Position numbers and translations under genes: made by a program. Shown here piece by piece: positions 52,916 through 64,000 of a stretch of DNA of 64,000 nt; within the stretch, counting starts at the first letter, position 1, and each line of letters starts with the position of its first letter. Source of the DNA: the human T2T-CHM13v2.0 reference genome, Homo sapiens. The stretch is from assembly GCF_009914755.1 (NCBI RefSeq), contig NC_060937.1. The stretch is one strand, 5' to 3'. Under the pieces are notes generated by a model. The model did not search any database. It saw only the letters and a program-made list of their open reading frames with translations, and had not been told where the DNA came from.

Positions 52916-54048
52916 ATTAAAATGGATACACACTTTCAGTAGTTAGTGGTACCTGGAGGTGATGTTTTAGAAACTAGAACATAAAAGGGAAAGTAGGCAG
53001 AACTTAAAACCAGAAAACTAGGATCAACTGACAGTCAGCGAACTAACATGGCCTTCTTTTCTAAAGAAGTAAACCTCACTTTCCTATAGATTTATTTCTT
53101 ATATATTGACATTAGTTAGTATGAGCTATGCTATTTTCCCTAAAGATGTATACCCTAAATATTTCTCATTTCATTTGTTACTGTTGAGATCTCATCAGGG
53201 GAGAAAATTTGGAAAATGAGTATCAAGCTAGATGAAGAGTGGTAAGAGATGAAGACAGTCAAATCTGTCATTTGCAATGAAGCAATGTAACATATATGAT
53301 GATATGCTAGTTTATCAACTAGGTTTTGTAGGCCTTTAATTGCTGTTCAAAGTAAACTGCAATCAGATTTAAGGAGAACTGGAGATGAGTGAAAACAGGA
53401 GTGAAAGATTCAGAGAAGTTATAATCGAAGAACAAGAAAAGAATTCAGCATAACACTTTGTCATGGGAACCATGCAGTCTCTATGAAATAGCCATACGAA
53501 GCACACTACCTTCCCTTTTGTTATTGGCCTTTTTTTTACTTATAGATGGAAAGTTCAATTTTCCAGCATCCCCTGCTGCTGGAGGTGGACCTATGACATA
53601 GTACTGTCTAATGTTTTCTAGATAAAAATGCCTGGGGAAGATGTCACTTCCCAAATTAAAAGGAAAATTTATAGAAGTAAAAGGATTTTCATCCTTCATT
53701 CTTTCTGTAATAGAAAAGTAGCATGATCATATGATCATACTTTTAGTATACAGTAATATACTCTGAACAAAAAGTGATAACAGAGGAACGATATTTTGAA
53801 GATTACCTAGAGCTATGCATAATAATAAATACAGGAGAGCATCAAGATGGAGAGGAGGACTTTGAATTGGAATGCACACACTATATCTCGAGGCCTGCAC
53901 AGCATTCAAGAACGCACCAATGGCCTGATAGAAGAGGCATATTTGGAAATAGTTCCATTTAAAATGCCATAAGAACCATGGGTTGGGACAGGAGAAGGAT
54001 GAGTGGGGTGAGCATTTGACTAAGCATTTGAATAAGACAAAGAAAATT

Positions 54049-54333
54049 GGCGGGGTGAGGTGGCTCATGCCTGTAATCCCAGCACTTTGGGAGGCGGAGG
54101 TGGGCGGATCACAAGGTCAGGGGTTCAAGACCAGCCTGGCCAAGATGGTGAAACCCTGTCTCTACTAAAAATACAAAAAAATTAGCTGGGCATGATCCCA
54201 GCTACTCAGGAGGCTGAGGCAGAGAATTGCTTGAACCCGGGAGGTGGAGGTTGCATTAAGCTGAGATGGTGACACTGCACTCCAGCCTGGGCGACAGAGA
54301 AAGACTCCGTCTCAAAAAAAAAAAACAAAAAAA
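54049..54333 (+). mobile_element. AluSg7-like with short right-arm deletion
   Basis: gccaagatgg and ggcagagaattgcttg diagnostics; gggcatg joined directly to atcccagctac (about 16 nt missing); poly(A). Confidence 0.92.
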
Positions 54334-55150
54334 AGATGCAGAAAATACAAAAAGTTGTAGTAAAAAACATGATAGCATTTATATCAAGATTTTAAAAATG
54401 AAGCATCTCTAGGTAAAGATATGTTTAACTCTTTTGAGATGTAGAACTTGACCCTGGTAGAGTGCAAGTTTTGGAAACTCTTAAAAAGTTTTAAAGACTT
54501 ATAGCCTCTTTCAGATACTTATATCATTATTATTAAATATGATAACAATAATTAGTAATGTAATTTCAAATATGTTGTGTTTCCAAAGGTAATTTGTTTA
54601 CACACTGTCAGTCTAATCCAAATGCGCACATGTACACAACACACATGATAGGCAGTCATCCAGTCATTCATCACTATGTATTGACAGTGTTATACTCTGT
54701 CAGATACTAGAGGAGTCAAAGAAAGATGTGAGTCTATGTCCTTATCTTTACCCAAAAATTTTAAAATTTTGCATGGGAAGCAAGACGGCAAAAATGGAAC
54801 AGAGCACCACTTGTTAATTATATATAATGTTTTAATTTAGATTCAGTATCTCTCAGTACTTGTGACAAACAAGTGTATATCATGTCTAATTGGCTTCTTC
54901 CATCATTTTAATTAGGATAGCTATAATTTTTGGTACTATGATAAAATATATTTCTTAGAAACAGAAAAGTCTTAAATTGATTACATTTCAGTTACAGGTT
55001 ACTAATGAAACCGTTTACTTCAGGAAGTAGTAACTTTCATCCAATCCTGTTTAATCCACATGCTCTCCCTAAGAGGCTTTTCCATCTTAGCAATTGCCAG
55101 CGGTATCTACCCAGTGGCTCAAGACAAAAACCCAGGCAATTTCATCAATT

Positions 55151-55237
55151 TGTGATTTTTTTCCTCTTTACATGTCTAAAGTCCAAGTTACTGTGATTTT
55201 TTTCCTCTTTAACTATCACGTCTAAAGTCCAAGTTAC
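55151..55237. repeat. Tandem duplication of ~41/46 bp within an L2 relic
   Basis: tgtgatttttttcctcttta...gtctaaagtccaagttac present twice (55151-55191, 55192-55237). Confidence 0.9.
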
Positions 55238-56078
55238 CATCATCTTTGACTAGCATTAGGACATTAACTAGTCTCTTAACTAGTCTCCAATCTTCCACTC
55301 TAAACTGTCTATAATATAATACCTAAAAAGACCGATGAGGTTTTGCATCTTAAAATGTTCATGAGATTATTTACTTTTTTTGTTTAAAATTGTTCAGAAT
55401 TTCCCATTATACTTAGAGTTTAAATCTAGATTAAATGCATACATACCAGCACCAGCCTGATCCATTTCATGCCCATTATTTTTATGGTTGTTATTAGTTA
55501 AGAACAATATAGAATCCAAGTATATTTTCTATACATGAATTGAAGCATGACAGATAAAACTAAATTCTGCTTTACACATTCATGGGACTGATGTTGAATC
55601 AATTATATTCATCACTCACTTTGCCAATATTTTCTTCTATGCTTTTATACCCATTTTACATATATTTATAGTGTTATATTAAATTTTAAAATTAAAATTT
55701 TAATTTTGTTCACTCACATTTACCAAGTTATTTATTTATGATTTGTTCAACACACTTTTCAATATTGACATTACACAAATTCTTTCATAATTGCTCTAAT
55801 AATTTTAGTTTAAGCTTTTTTTATTACGCTTTTTATTCATTTAGATTTTTATTTGCATCTATACATAAGTGATGTTGGAATTCCAAAACCACTTATTAGA
55901 GATATCACTTTTTCCAAATTCTAAATTTATGTATATATAGAGCTTTCTTCAGAACCTCTGTTCCATTGTTCTGTAGGCCAAGTTATGTCAACATTAACAT
56001 TTCACTATTTTATGTCTTTATCTTATATTGTACTATTTGGTAAGAAAAACATCTCCCTTCTGTTTTTATTTATCCATG

Positions 56079-56115
<37 letters not shown>

Positions 56116-56155
56116 GTCTGTCTATCTATCATCTATCATCTATTGTCTATCTATT
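56079..56155. repeat. (TATC)9(TGTC)2(TATC)2 compound tetranucleotide STR at an Alu tail
   Basis: Direct read. Confidence 0.93.
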
Positions 56156-56159
56156 TATA

Positions 56160-56438
56160 TATTTAGTTCTGACTCTGTCACCTAGGCTGGAGTGCAGTGT
56201 CATAATGACAGCTAACTGCAGCCTTGACCTCCGGGATTCCAGTGATCCTCTCACCTTAGCCTCTCAAGTAGGTGGGACTCTACAGGTGTACGCGACCACA
56301 GCTGGCTATTTTTTCTTTAGTAGAGAAGAGATCTTCTTGCGTTACACAGGCTAGTCTCAAACTACCAGCTTTAAGTGATCCTCTTGCCTTGGTCTCCCAA
56401 AATGTTGGAATTACAGACATGAGCTGCTGTGACTGGCC
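56160..56438 (-). mobile_element. AluJ, inserted in an old antisense L1M (~55830-56900)
   Basis: cagctaactgcagccttgacctcc...gtgatcctctcaccttagcc are AluJ diagnostics; flanks show L1 ORF2 antisense (ctctgttccattg; ttgactctttccattc). Confidence 0.9.
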
Positions 56439-56999
56439 CTCTCTTTCTTTATAATCACGTTTCAATATTTTGTTGTCTATTCTTGCTTGTGTAAAATTGC
56501 ATTTGAATTTTAGAAATTTTAGAATGAGATTGTTATGTCAGAAGATTTGAAGGTTATTTTAAATTTATAAAATTGTTGGGGGCAATGAACCGACAGTTTA
56601 ACAAGTTGACTCTTTCCATTCGTAAATCTGTCAGCACTCCATTTATTTAGAGTTTCTTTTATGTCTATTGATTTATTTACAGTATTATCTATATGATTAT
56701 TGCACATTTGCTGTTTAGTTTGCACCATGGTAAATTTTAGGTATGCTGCTTTTGTAAATGAGATCCATTATGTTTAATATTATATTAAAAATTTTGAGTT
56801 CTAATGAATACTGACTTTATGAAAACTAACGTATATCTTGCCATTGTTCTAAGCTACTGAAAAATGTTTCTTAATATTTGACCATAATCATTATTACACA
56901 ACCTTTTCACAAATGTTTTGCCTTCAGGTCAACATTTTAAAAATCACCATTATCTGCTGTATCACATTGCTAAGCTCTTTTAATTTAAAATCAAACATA

Positions 57000-57130
57000 A
57001 GGTGGATCATTCCCATTTTACAAATAAAGACACTGAGCCACAGAGAGTTTAAAACAGTGCCTAAGGCCACAAAGTGAATAAGGGGCTCTTTTAGGATTTA
57101 TATCCAAGTTTTCCTAAATTCCTAACCTTT
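57000..57130 (-). mobile_element. MIR fragment
   Basis: cattcccattttacaaataaagacactgagccacagagag...gcctaaggccaca. Confidence 0.75.
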
Positions 57131-58849
57131 ATCTACAGATTCCAAAGAAAATTCAACCAAATGACAATCTTTCTTGTATGCAGAGTAAGACTGACTACTG
57201 TCCTCATTATTGGAAAAGGTAAAAGAAACAGACACATAGTCAAATATTCTCATCTTCATTCCCCCAACTCCACAGCTGGAGAGTCTACAGCCAAATGACC
57301 AAGCAACTGAGGGTGTGAGATTTCAAAGGGGTTTAATAATCATTGATTGTTCTGCTGAAGGTTTATAAAATATTTGACCATGAAAATAATTGGACCACTT
57401 GTACCAATTTTGGACTTGTTTCTGGGCCATATTTTCATCCATGCTTCCTTTTTTGTAGTTTAAAATGCACACTGAATCTCAATCAGCAATGTGGATGATG
57501 ATAAAACACTCTAGATGTAATTGCCAACATCTCTTGCAAATTAAAATGTTTTGATGAGACTGGTGGCAACAGAGTAGCCCTCTTCTACTTAGAACTAAAC
57601 ATCCCCAAGTCAATTTTCACTATTGCATTTTTGGTGAGATTATCACAGCATATTCTCTATTATCACATTGCATTCCCAGGGACAATATAGCTATAGAGAT
57701 CACAGCTAAAGAAAGTTGTCAAATTCTTACTATATACTGAAATGCTGAACCATCACCTTAAGATATACAGAATCACTTTCATTTTTTGCTGGCACCTCTT
57801 TGAGGCACAATATTTTCAAAAGATTTAAACTTAATGGAGTATTTCTACAAAAGTTCGTGACCACAAGGAGAGACTCATTCATCACTACTTATTGTGTGTC
57901 GCTTTTCTAAAACAAGTTTAGAACAGACTTTGGATTTCAGAAGACACCTGCAGATTTTCCTGACGTCTGAAAGTAGGGATGAATAGTCAGCTGCGTCACC
58001 TCTCACCTCATACTGAGGCAATACAGCAGTTACAGATAAGTAAGAAAGAGTTGGGTCATCCTCTCCAACGCAAACAAAACATATTTATAATACTGTCATT
58101 GCATTTATAAACGTATTCTGTAACAGAAAAAAAAAGATTTGTCCAGTATACAGCTAACTGTACATTTAGTAGAATAGCAGTTTTTATTTTTAAAATTAAT
58201 TTTGCTTTTTGTTCTTCTATTATTTTCCCCAAATACAGTAAGAGATGTAACTTGGCTATAATTAAAAATGAACAAATAATAGCTCATTCAATTCATTTCA
58301 TTAATTCATCTTTTTGTGCTTTTAGGTCAATTTGCTGCTTTCAGTGCTGCAAGATATTACAGAAGTTTATGTAGTGACAGTTAGTTATACTAAATGTTAT
58401 ATTTCAAAGTAGCTAATTGAAAACTTCTATAGACTGGACTTCAAATATTTTTGCATCAGCTAAACTGTGGAATTTACACAATTGAAAAAACTAGACTTAT
58501 CTGACACTTTGCTGATTTAAGAAAAGAAGACAAATATATTTTCAAAAGCTTAGCCCTTCTACCAAATGACTGACAAGTAGTTCTTCAAGTGCGGTGCAGG
58601 GATAGGAACCCTCACCAGGCTAGTATTTTGCCTGATGATATGAAGGGCACAATTGCTGTCTTACATATTTATGTCTCTCCCCGCAGTGTAACCACTCTTT
58701 CCAACTTATTGGTTGTCCTTAAAAAAATAGTCAATGTGTTTAAAAGCACAGACATTTTAAACATACTACACTCTCCTTTTAATACAAATGGAGGTATAAT
58801 GCATCATGCATATCATCTTGCACACCACATTCATGTTTTATTAATGATT

Positions 58850-59810
58850 AAATATAACACACATAAAAGTGTATAAAACATTAATTTAGGGATAATGAAT
58901 TATTGTTGCATGAACCACAATGCAATCACCATCCAGTTTAATAAATAGAATATTGCCAACACACCTTCACATACACATACTCTTGCAAATAAAATGGGAA
59001 AGTTCTTCTCTATACTGGAAACAAAAAAAGCTAGATTTCATTGCATTCACTTCTTGATTTTCTTCCTTACCACTTACAGATGATAACTAAATCCTATAAT
59101 TTAGCTTTTCCTGTTTTTGAATTTTATTAAAAGTATTCTTTAGTGTCTAACCTTTTCTGGTGAAACATTATGTATTTCAGATTCAAATATATCATGTGTA
59201 GCTATAGCTTGTTTATTTTCTTTACTGTATGGTATTCTATTATAAAAACAAAACAATTTACTCATTCTCTTGGTTGATAGATATTTGAATTGTTTATAGT
59301 ATTGACATTTATGTATAGTATATAATACTTCTGTGTACCTTGTATTTTAAAATTTATACACCTTGGAGGTGTTTTCTATATTTGTATGTGTATGTCATAT
59401 ATATGATAAATATGTATATATGCTATATAATACTATATACATATATAGACACGATGTATATCATGTACATTATGTATGTGCATTGCTTACACACACATTT
59501 CATCTCTAACACAAATATATTTCTTTTAAACGATTACATGGTTTCGATCTGTGGCTGTAGACAGTTTCTAACCTGTCTTTTATTGAAGGGCATTTAAGTT
59601 GTGGTTAGTCTTATGGTATTACAAGCAATTCTATTGTACATCCTACTACACTTGTCTTTGCACACACATATTGGAGAACAAATATCCAGTAATAGAATTT
59701 CTGGATCAAGTAAATGATATCTTCATTTCTTATATAAATATTGCTACTTTTCTCAAAAGAAACTGTATGACCCAATATTCTTTTGCACCCCATTTATCAT
59801 ATTCTATTTA
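58850..59810 (-). mobile_element. L1ME-type 3' fragments with TA-rich insert
   Basis: gattcaaatatatcatgtgtagctatag...ctgtatggtattctatt...ctcattctcttggttgatagatatttgaattg. Confidence 0.65.
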
Positions 59811-60206
59811 ATCTAATGCATTATTTATTTCAGCAAATATTTTGAATACCGACTACATGGAGTCTGCTAGGTGAAAATGTACATATTTGTGGGGTGAGGG
59901 TTTTGACAGAACATCTGGTAATTGGGTGTTATTGAAGTAAATTAATAAATTTGAAGACTATCTATGAGAGTCAAGCATAGGCCATTTTTCTGTTCATGAG
60001 AAGGCTTAATATTAATGAAACTAGAGAGAAATGCCAATTACCAGCCACTAGAATACAGATAAATGAAGCCTTTTCTTCTTTGTGGTGATTGTTTAAAATT
60101 AATGAGAAGAGGCAAAGAGGTCATTATTTCAAAAGAAAGGTTCTAGAGGCATTTGTTCCCTCCCATTTTTGTTTCATCACGTTTGTGTCTAAGAATATAC
60201 ATCAGC

Positions 60207-60231
60207 AAAAAAAAAAAAAAAAAAAAAAAAA
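60207..60231. repeat. A25 mononucleotide tract with no attached retroelement
   Basis: Direct read. Confidence 0.9.
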
Positions 60232-63200
60232 TCACTTACACTGCCTGCCGAAACACACAAATTGGACTTCATCCAGAACCAGTTTTGAAGTATGTGAAGC
60301 TTGTCTTCAGATTCTATCATTTCCCATGTCATGGTTTCCTTATTTGGATTTCTTGTTATTCTTAACTTTCTATTTTTAGGGCACTATACTGCCCTCTAGC
60401 ATCCTTCTCCTTTCCCTGTAGGAATTCTTCTATCACATGGTGCATTCACACAGGCTCTAAGGGAAACTGATTAGGTAAACAGATCCGAGCCACAGCATCA
60501 ATTCTTGATTGTAAATTCTTGCATTATATCTCTCAAATTTTAGCCTTCAGAACATGACCTTGTTCAGCACTCTGGTGTTTGTGCCTTAAAGATAAGCATA
60601 TTATTCTTTTTATATCATTATCTTATCTACATTAAAAAAGTGGACTCTTTGTAAACTAATAGGTAGAACTGATAATGAAAATCTATATCAAATAGAACCT
60701 TAAGAAGAATAAGAAAGGGTAAACTGTAGCTGAGAAAAGAGGAGTTGAAGGTCAAGAAGGAAAATGGATTTTAACAATTTTTTAAATATCTGCATAATGT
60801 ATTAGCCACACATGGGCCTAAATAAACACTTGTATTTATTTAGAATAAAGCTAACTCTTTCCTAGGAATACTTTGTCATTAGAAAAGAGTAAAAATTGTC
60901 CTTTATTGCATAATTGCCTTTTCTTCTTTTCCATTTGTTTTGCAATTGACATTGAAATAAACAAATGTATTTTTAAAGGTAGAAAACTTGAGAATAATTA
61001 TGTCAATAATAACCACACAAATAAAATGAAGCCATACAGAACTATAATATATAGTGAAAATAGTATGACCATTATTGAGATATTTTAATTTGAGCTAAGC
61101 AAAGAGAAAGCAAGAAACTTTTAAAAAATTGGTTGACTATGAAGAAACATTAACACCAGTAGTTGAAGATAGTACCTGTGTTACGTTTTCCTTTCCCAAA
61201 GACTTTGAATTTATTTCCTTGAAAATTACTGAAATGAGGCATAATAACATGACTCTCCTGGGGGACATTGGTCAATAAATCAATCTTCATTCTTATATTT
61301 CATCTAGGGTTGCTAACACATGGTTTACTAACTTAACCCCATATTTCTCCATCTGTAAAATCAGGATAATATCTGTTTAAAAGATTTCATTTGCTATTGA
61401 ACTAACACGCAGTATGAAAATAATTAGCATGTCTAAAGACTCTTCCTAACAGACAGGTAAGTAAGTAACCAATAGTGAGTGAGAAAAGCATTATCATGAT
61501 CAATTTAATATTCTTGATTCTGGTCAGCATGAGTACTAGTAATCAGTAATACTCAAATAGGCTGATACTCAACTTCAGTCATGTGATAGTCCCACACATA
61601 ATAAACCTGTATAATGGGGCAGGGGAAGTTCTCCTTTGTTTCTTTAGTCTATGCATTTACCAGAAGAGGTAAAGTTACTGTGGAATATTGCCGTAATCTA
61701 AAACCTTAATTCTTTTCTCTATCTCAGGATATTTGAGAGGCTAAATTCCCAGTTGAAACATTTTCCCTAACTCTTGCTGATCTCATAAACAAAGCAGAGG
61801 CAGCAATGAGATACCTTTTGTCGGGCTGAAGTCATGGGCCAGCTCCATTAAAGTAAAATGAGAAGACGAATACCATGGCCCTGTCTGACAACTCTGCTCC
61901 TATTAGCAGAAGTTTCTTGAGGTGGCAGGATAAAGCCCTGGGCGACATATGCTATGACAGTCATGGTCATGGCCTATCTCTGTTATTTCCTTTATATGTT
62001 AGCTTGCATTGTTAGCAATTTCCTATCCATCTATGAGATCTCTCTAAGGCACTGCAAGGGTTAAGATTTAATATATAGAGCAAAACTTAACGATATGAAA
62101 GAAAGAGAAATAATCAATAAATGATAGCTACAGTAAAATACATTAAAATGAAACATTTTTATTGTATGTATTTATAAAAAATATGAGTTGTATATTCATT
62201 TATCATTTGCTTTAAGACTCTGACACATCATTTTAGATATCATCACCTGTCCAGGCATTTCATGATTTTCTCTGCCTACTCAGACATTTAGTGAAGAAAG
62301 CCAATCATTTCTTGCCTCTATCTGTCAATTGCCTTTTTTTCCCCTTTTACTCTAAATTTATATGCATATCATGTTTTGGGAAAAAAATGTTAAAACTGAC
62401 GATTTAACTGGTTTGAATATTGCATTAACAAGCTATATGCTTAAATTAATATGCTAAATTGGAAGAAAACATATGTATATTGGATTCACAATGTATTTCA
62501 TTATTTTAAAGAGTTATTCTGATTATAAAATGCAATAATGTGTGCATTCATGTTTCTTGAGTTATTAGCAAGTTCCGTTTTCTGCATGTAGAATTTAAGT
62601 TTCAGAAATTATATTTATCCTTCAGAAATTAGTATTATACATTTACTATGTGTATATCCTCATGCAACATTATGAATAGTTGTACAAAATTTGGTGCTGC
62701 ACTCAAAGAATTTATGCCGTAATAGTTGGGATTTGATATATGGAGATTAACAGTTCAAACTAGTATGTGCTCTTGGCATGAATGTCTACCTTTTCCAAAA
62801 CCCAAAGATGCCTTCAGGAAATGATGAATTACAAAATGACAAGTGATTATAATATGGACATGAAATTACAGGATTTATACTTGCACTGACTCTGACTGCA
62901 GTCCGTGTATATACAGGACACCACAATTTTTTTAATAGTGTATAAGATGATGTTAAATTCCTTTATATAAAAATTCAGTTTATTTTCCTCAAGGCATTAT
63001 TTGCTTTTTCTATCACAAACCCTTCTCAATTTCCTTCCCAAACCCTCCCTGAATGTGGAGCTATCCAAACAAGGAATTAAAGCCCTGAAATTAATGCAAT
63101 TTTTTATTTGCATATGGGTTTTCTGATTATAATGCTATTACCATAAAGTAGGGTTTACTGATGGGGCAACAGGGAATGGACAGGTGCTCAGCCACTATTG

Positions 63201-64000
63201 AGACCTAGAATCTGTTTGGATAAGCTCTTACTTCATTGTTGGATTACCTCGTACTACATAATTCTTGAATTTTCTTGTCCTTATATTTTCCACTTCTTTG
63301 CAAACCAGAGGTTTGTTCTTCTAAAATCAATGACTTCACACATTCTATTTCAATAACAAAACATGGATGGGTTTCCTCTTCCCTTTTCTGAGGCAAATAT
63401 TTTTCTTCTGAACATTTTCAACCATTTAACATTCTATATATGCCTTTCCAAATATTTGACATATAACAAAAAACCCGACATGTGGTTTATCATTAAATTA
63501 ACATAGGACTCAGAATTTGGGCTTAACAATGTATATAGTGTTACAGGTGGACTGTCTTGGAAAATCATGTGTGCTTTACAACTGCTCTATGGCATTCATT
63601 TTGTTACCTTTCCATTTTTATTGTCAATGCAATATGCATAATTCCTTTCATTTACTCCATTTGTTTCAACAAACTATAATCACTTTATTTTTCATCACAA
63701 TTAAGCCAGTAATTATTTTCTCCCTTTAAGCTGCTAATCTAGACGTTTTAAATAGCATGTTTAATTTCTTGCAACAAGAGGTTCCAGGCCAATCTTGAAT
63801 CATTCTGCCACAGACATGTTTTCACATACTTTACGAAGGCAACATTTTTGGTCTGTTTGTTTCTAGAGAAGAATATTATTTTAGGCTACATTTACCAGCC
63901 TACTTGTTCACATTGCATTGTTCCACATGAGTACTGAGGTAAAGCAGGGTTACCCAGAGTTTGCTGAGGTGTTACAAAATTTAGAATGGTTTCTTTGATT

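Noticed and set aside
55688-55707. 20-bp perfect palindrome aaaattaaaattttaatttt
   Set aside because: Pure A/T low complexity, unremarkable in DNA this AT-rich.
63091-63113. Octamer ATTTGCAT with adjacent ATGCAAT
   Set aside because: The octamer occurs several times in the window, as expected from base composition; no supporting context.

Overview
AT-rich, CpG-poor primate (almost certainly human or great-ape) genomic DNA, intergenic or deep-intronic. I find no credible protein-coding exon, RNA gene or CpG island. The ORF track is explained by Alu, L1, MaLR and low-complexity translations. The window is a layered record of transposons: a near full-length decayed L1PB (10633-16916) inserted in an ancient L3/CR1, a solo HERV-H LTR7 (18848-19297, TSD CTGAA), a two-LTR MSTA/THE1-type MaLR (21035-23398, TSD CTAGG), about ten Alu/monomer copies including a young AluYe5-like one, and many L1M, L2, MIR, MLT/ERVL and hAT/mariner relics. 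The most notable structure is a probable L1 3'-transduction at 38435-39330: about 670 bp of foreign DNA containing a MIR, with its own AATAAA and poly(A), carried by a short L1PA into an older L1MA. Second is a mini-L1MA made of 5'UTR, a small endonuclease piece and 3'UTR at 24028-25470. I see no evidence for a new biological system beyond these retrotransposition events. Repeat subfamily names come from recalled consensus sequences, and boundaries of old repeats are approximate.
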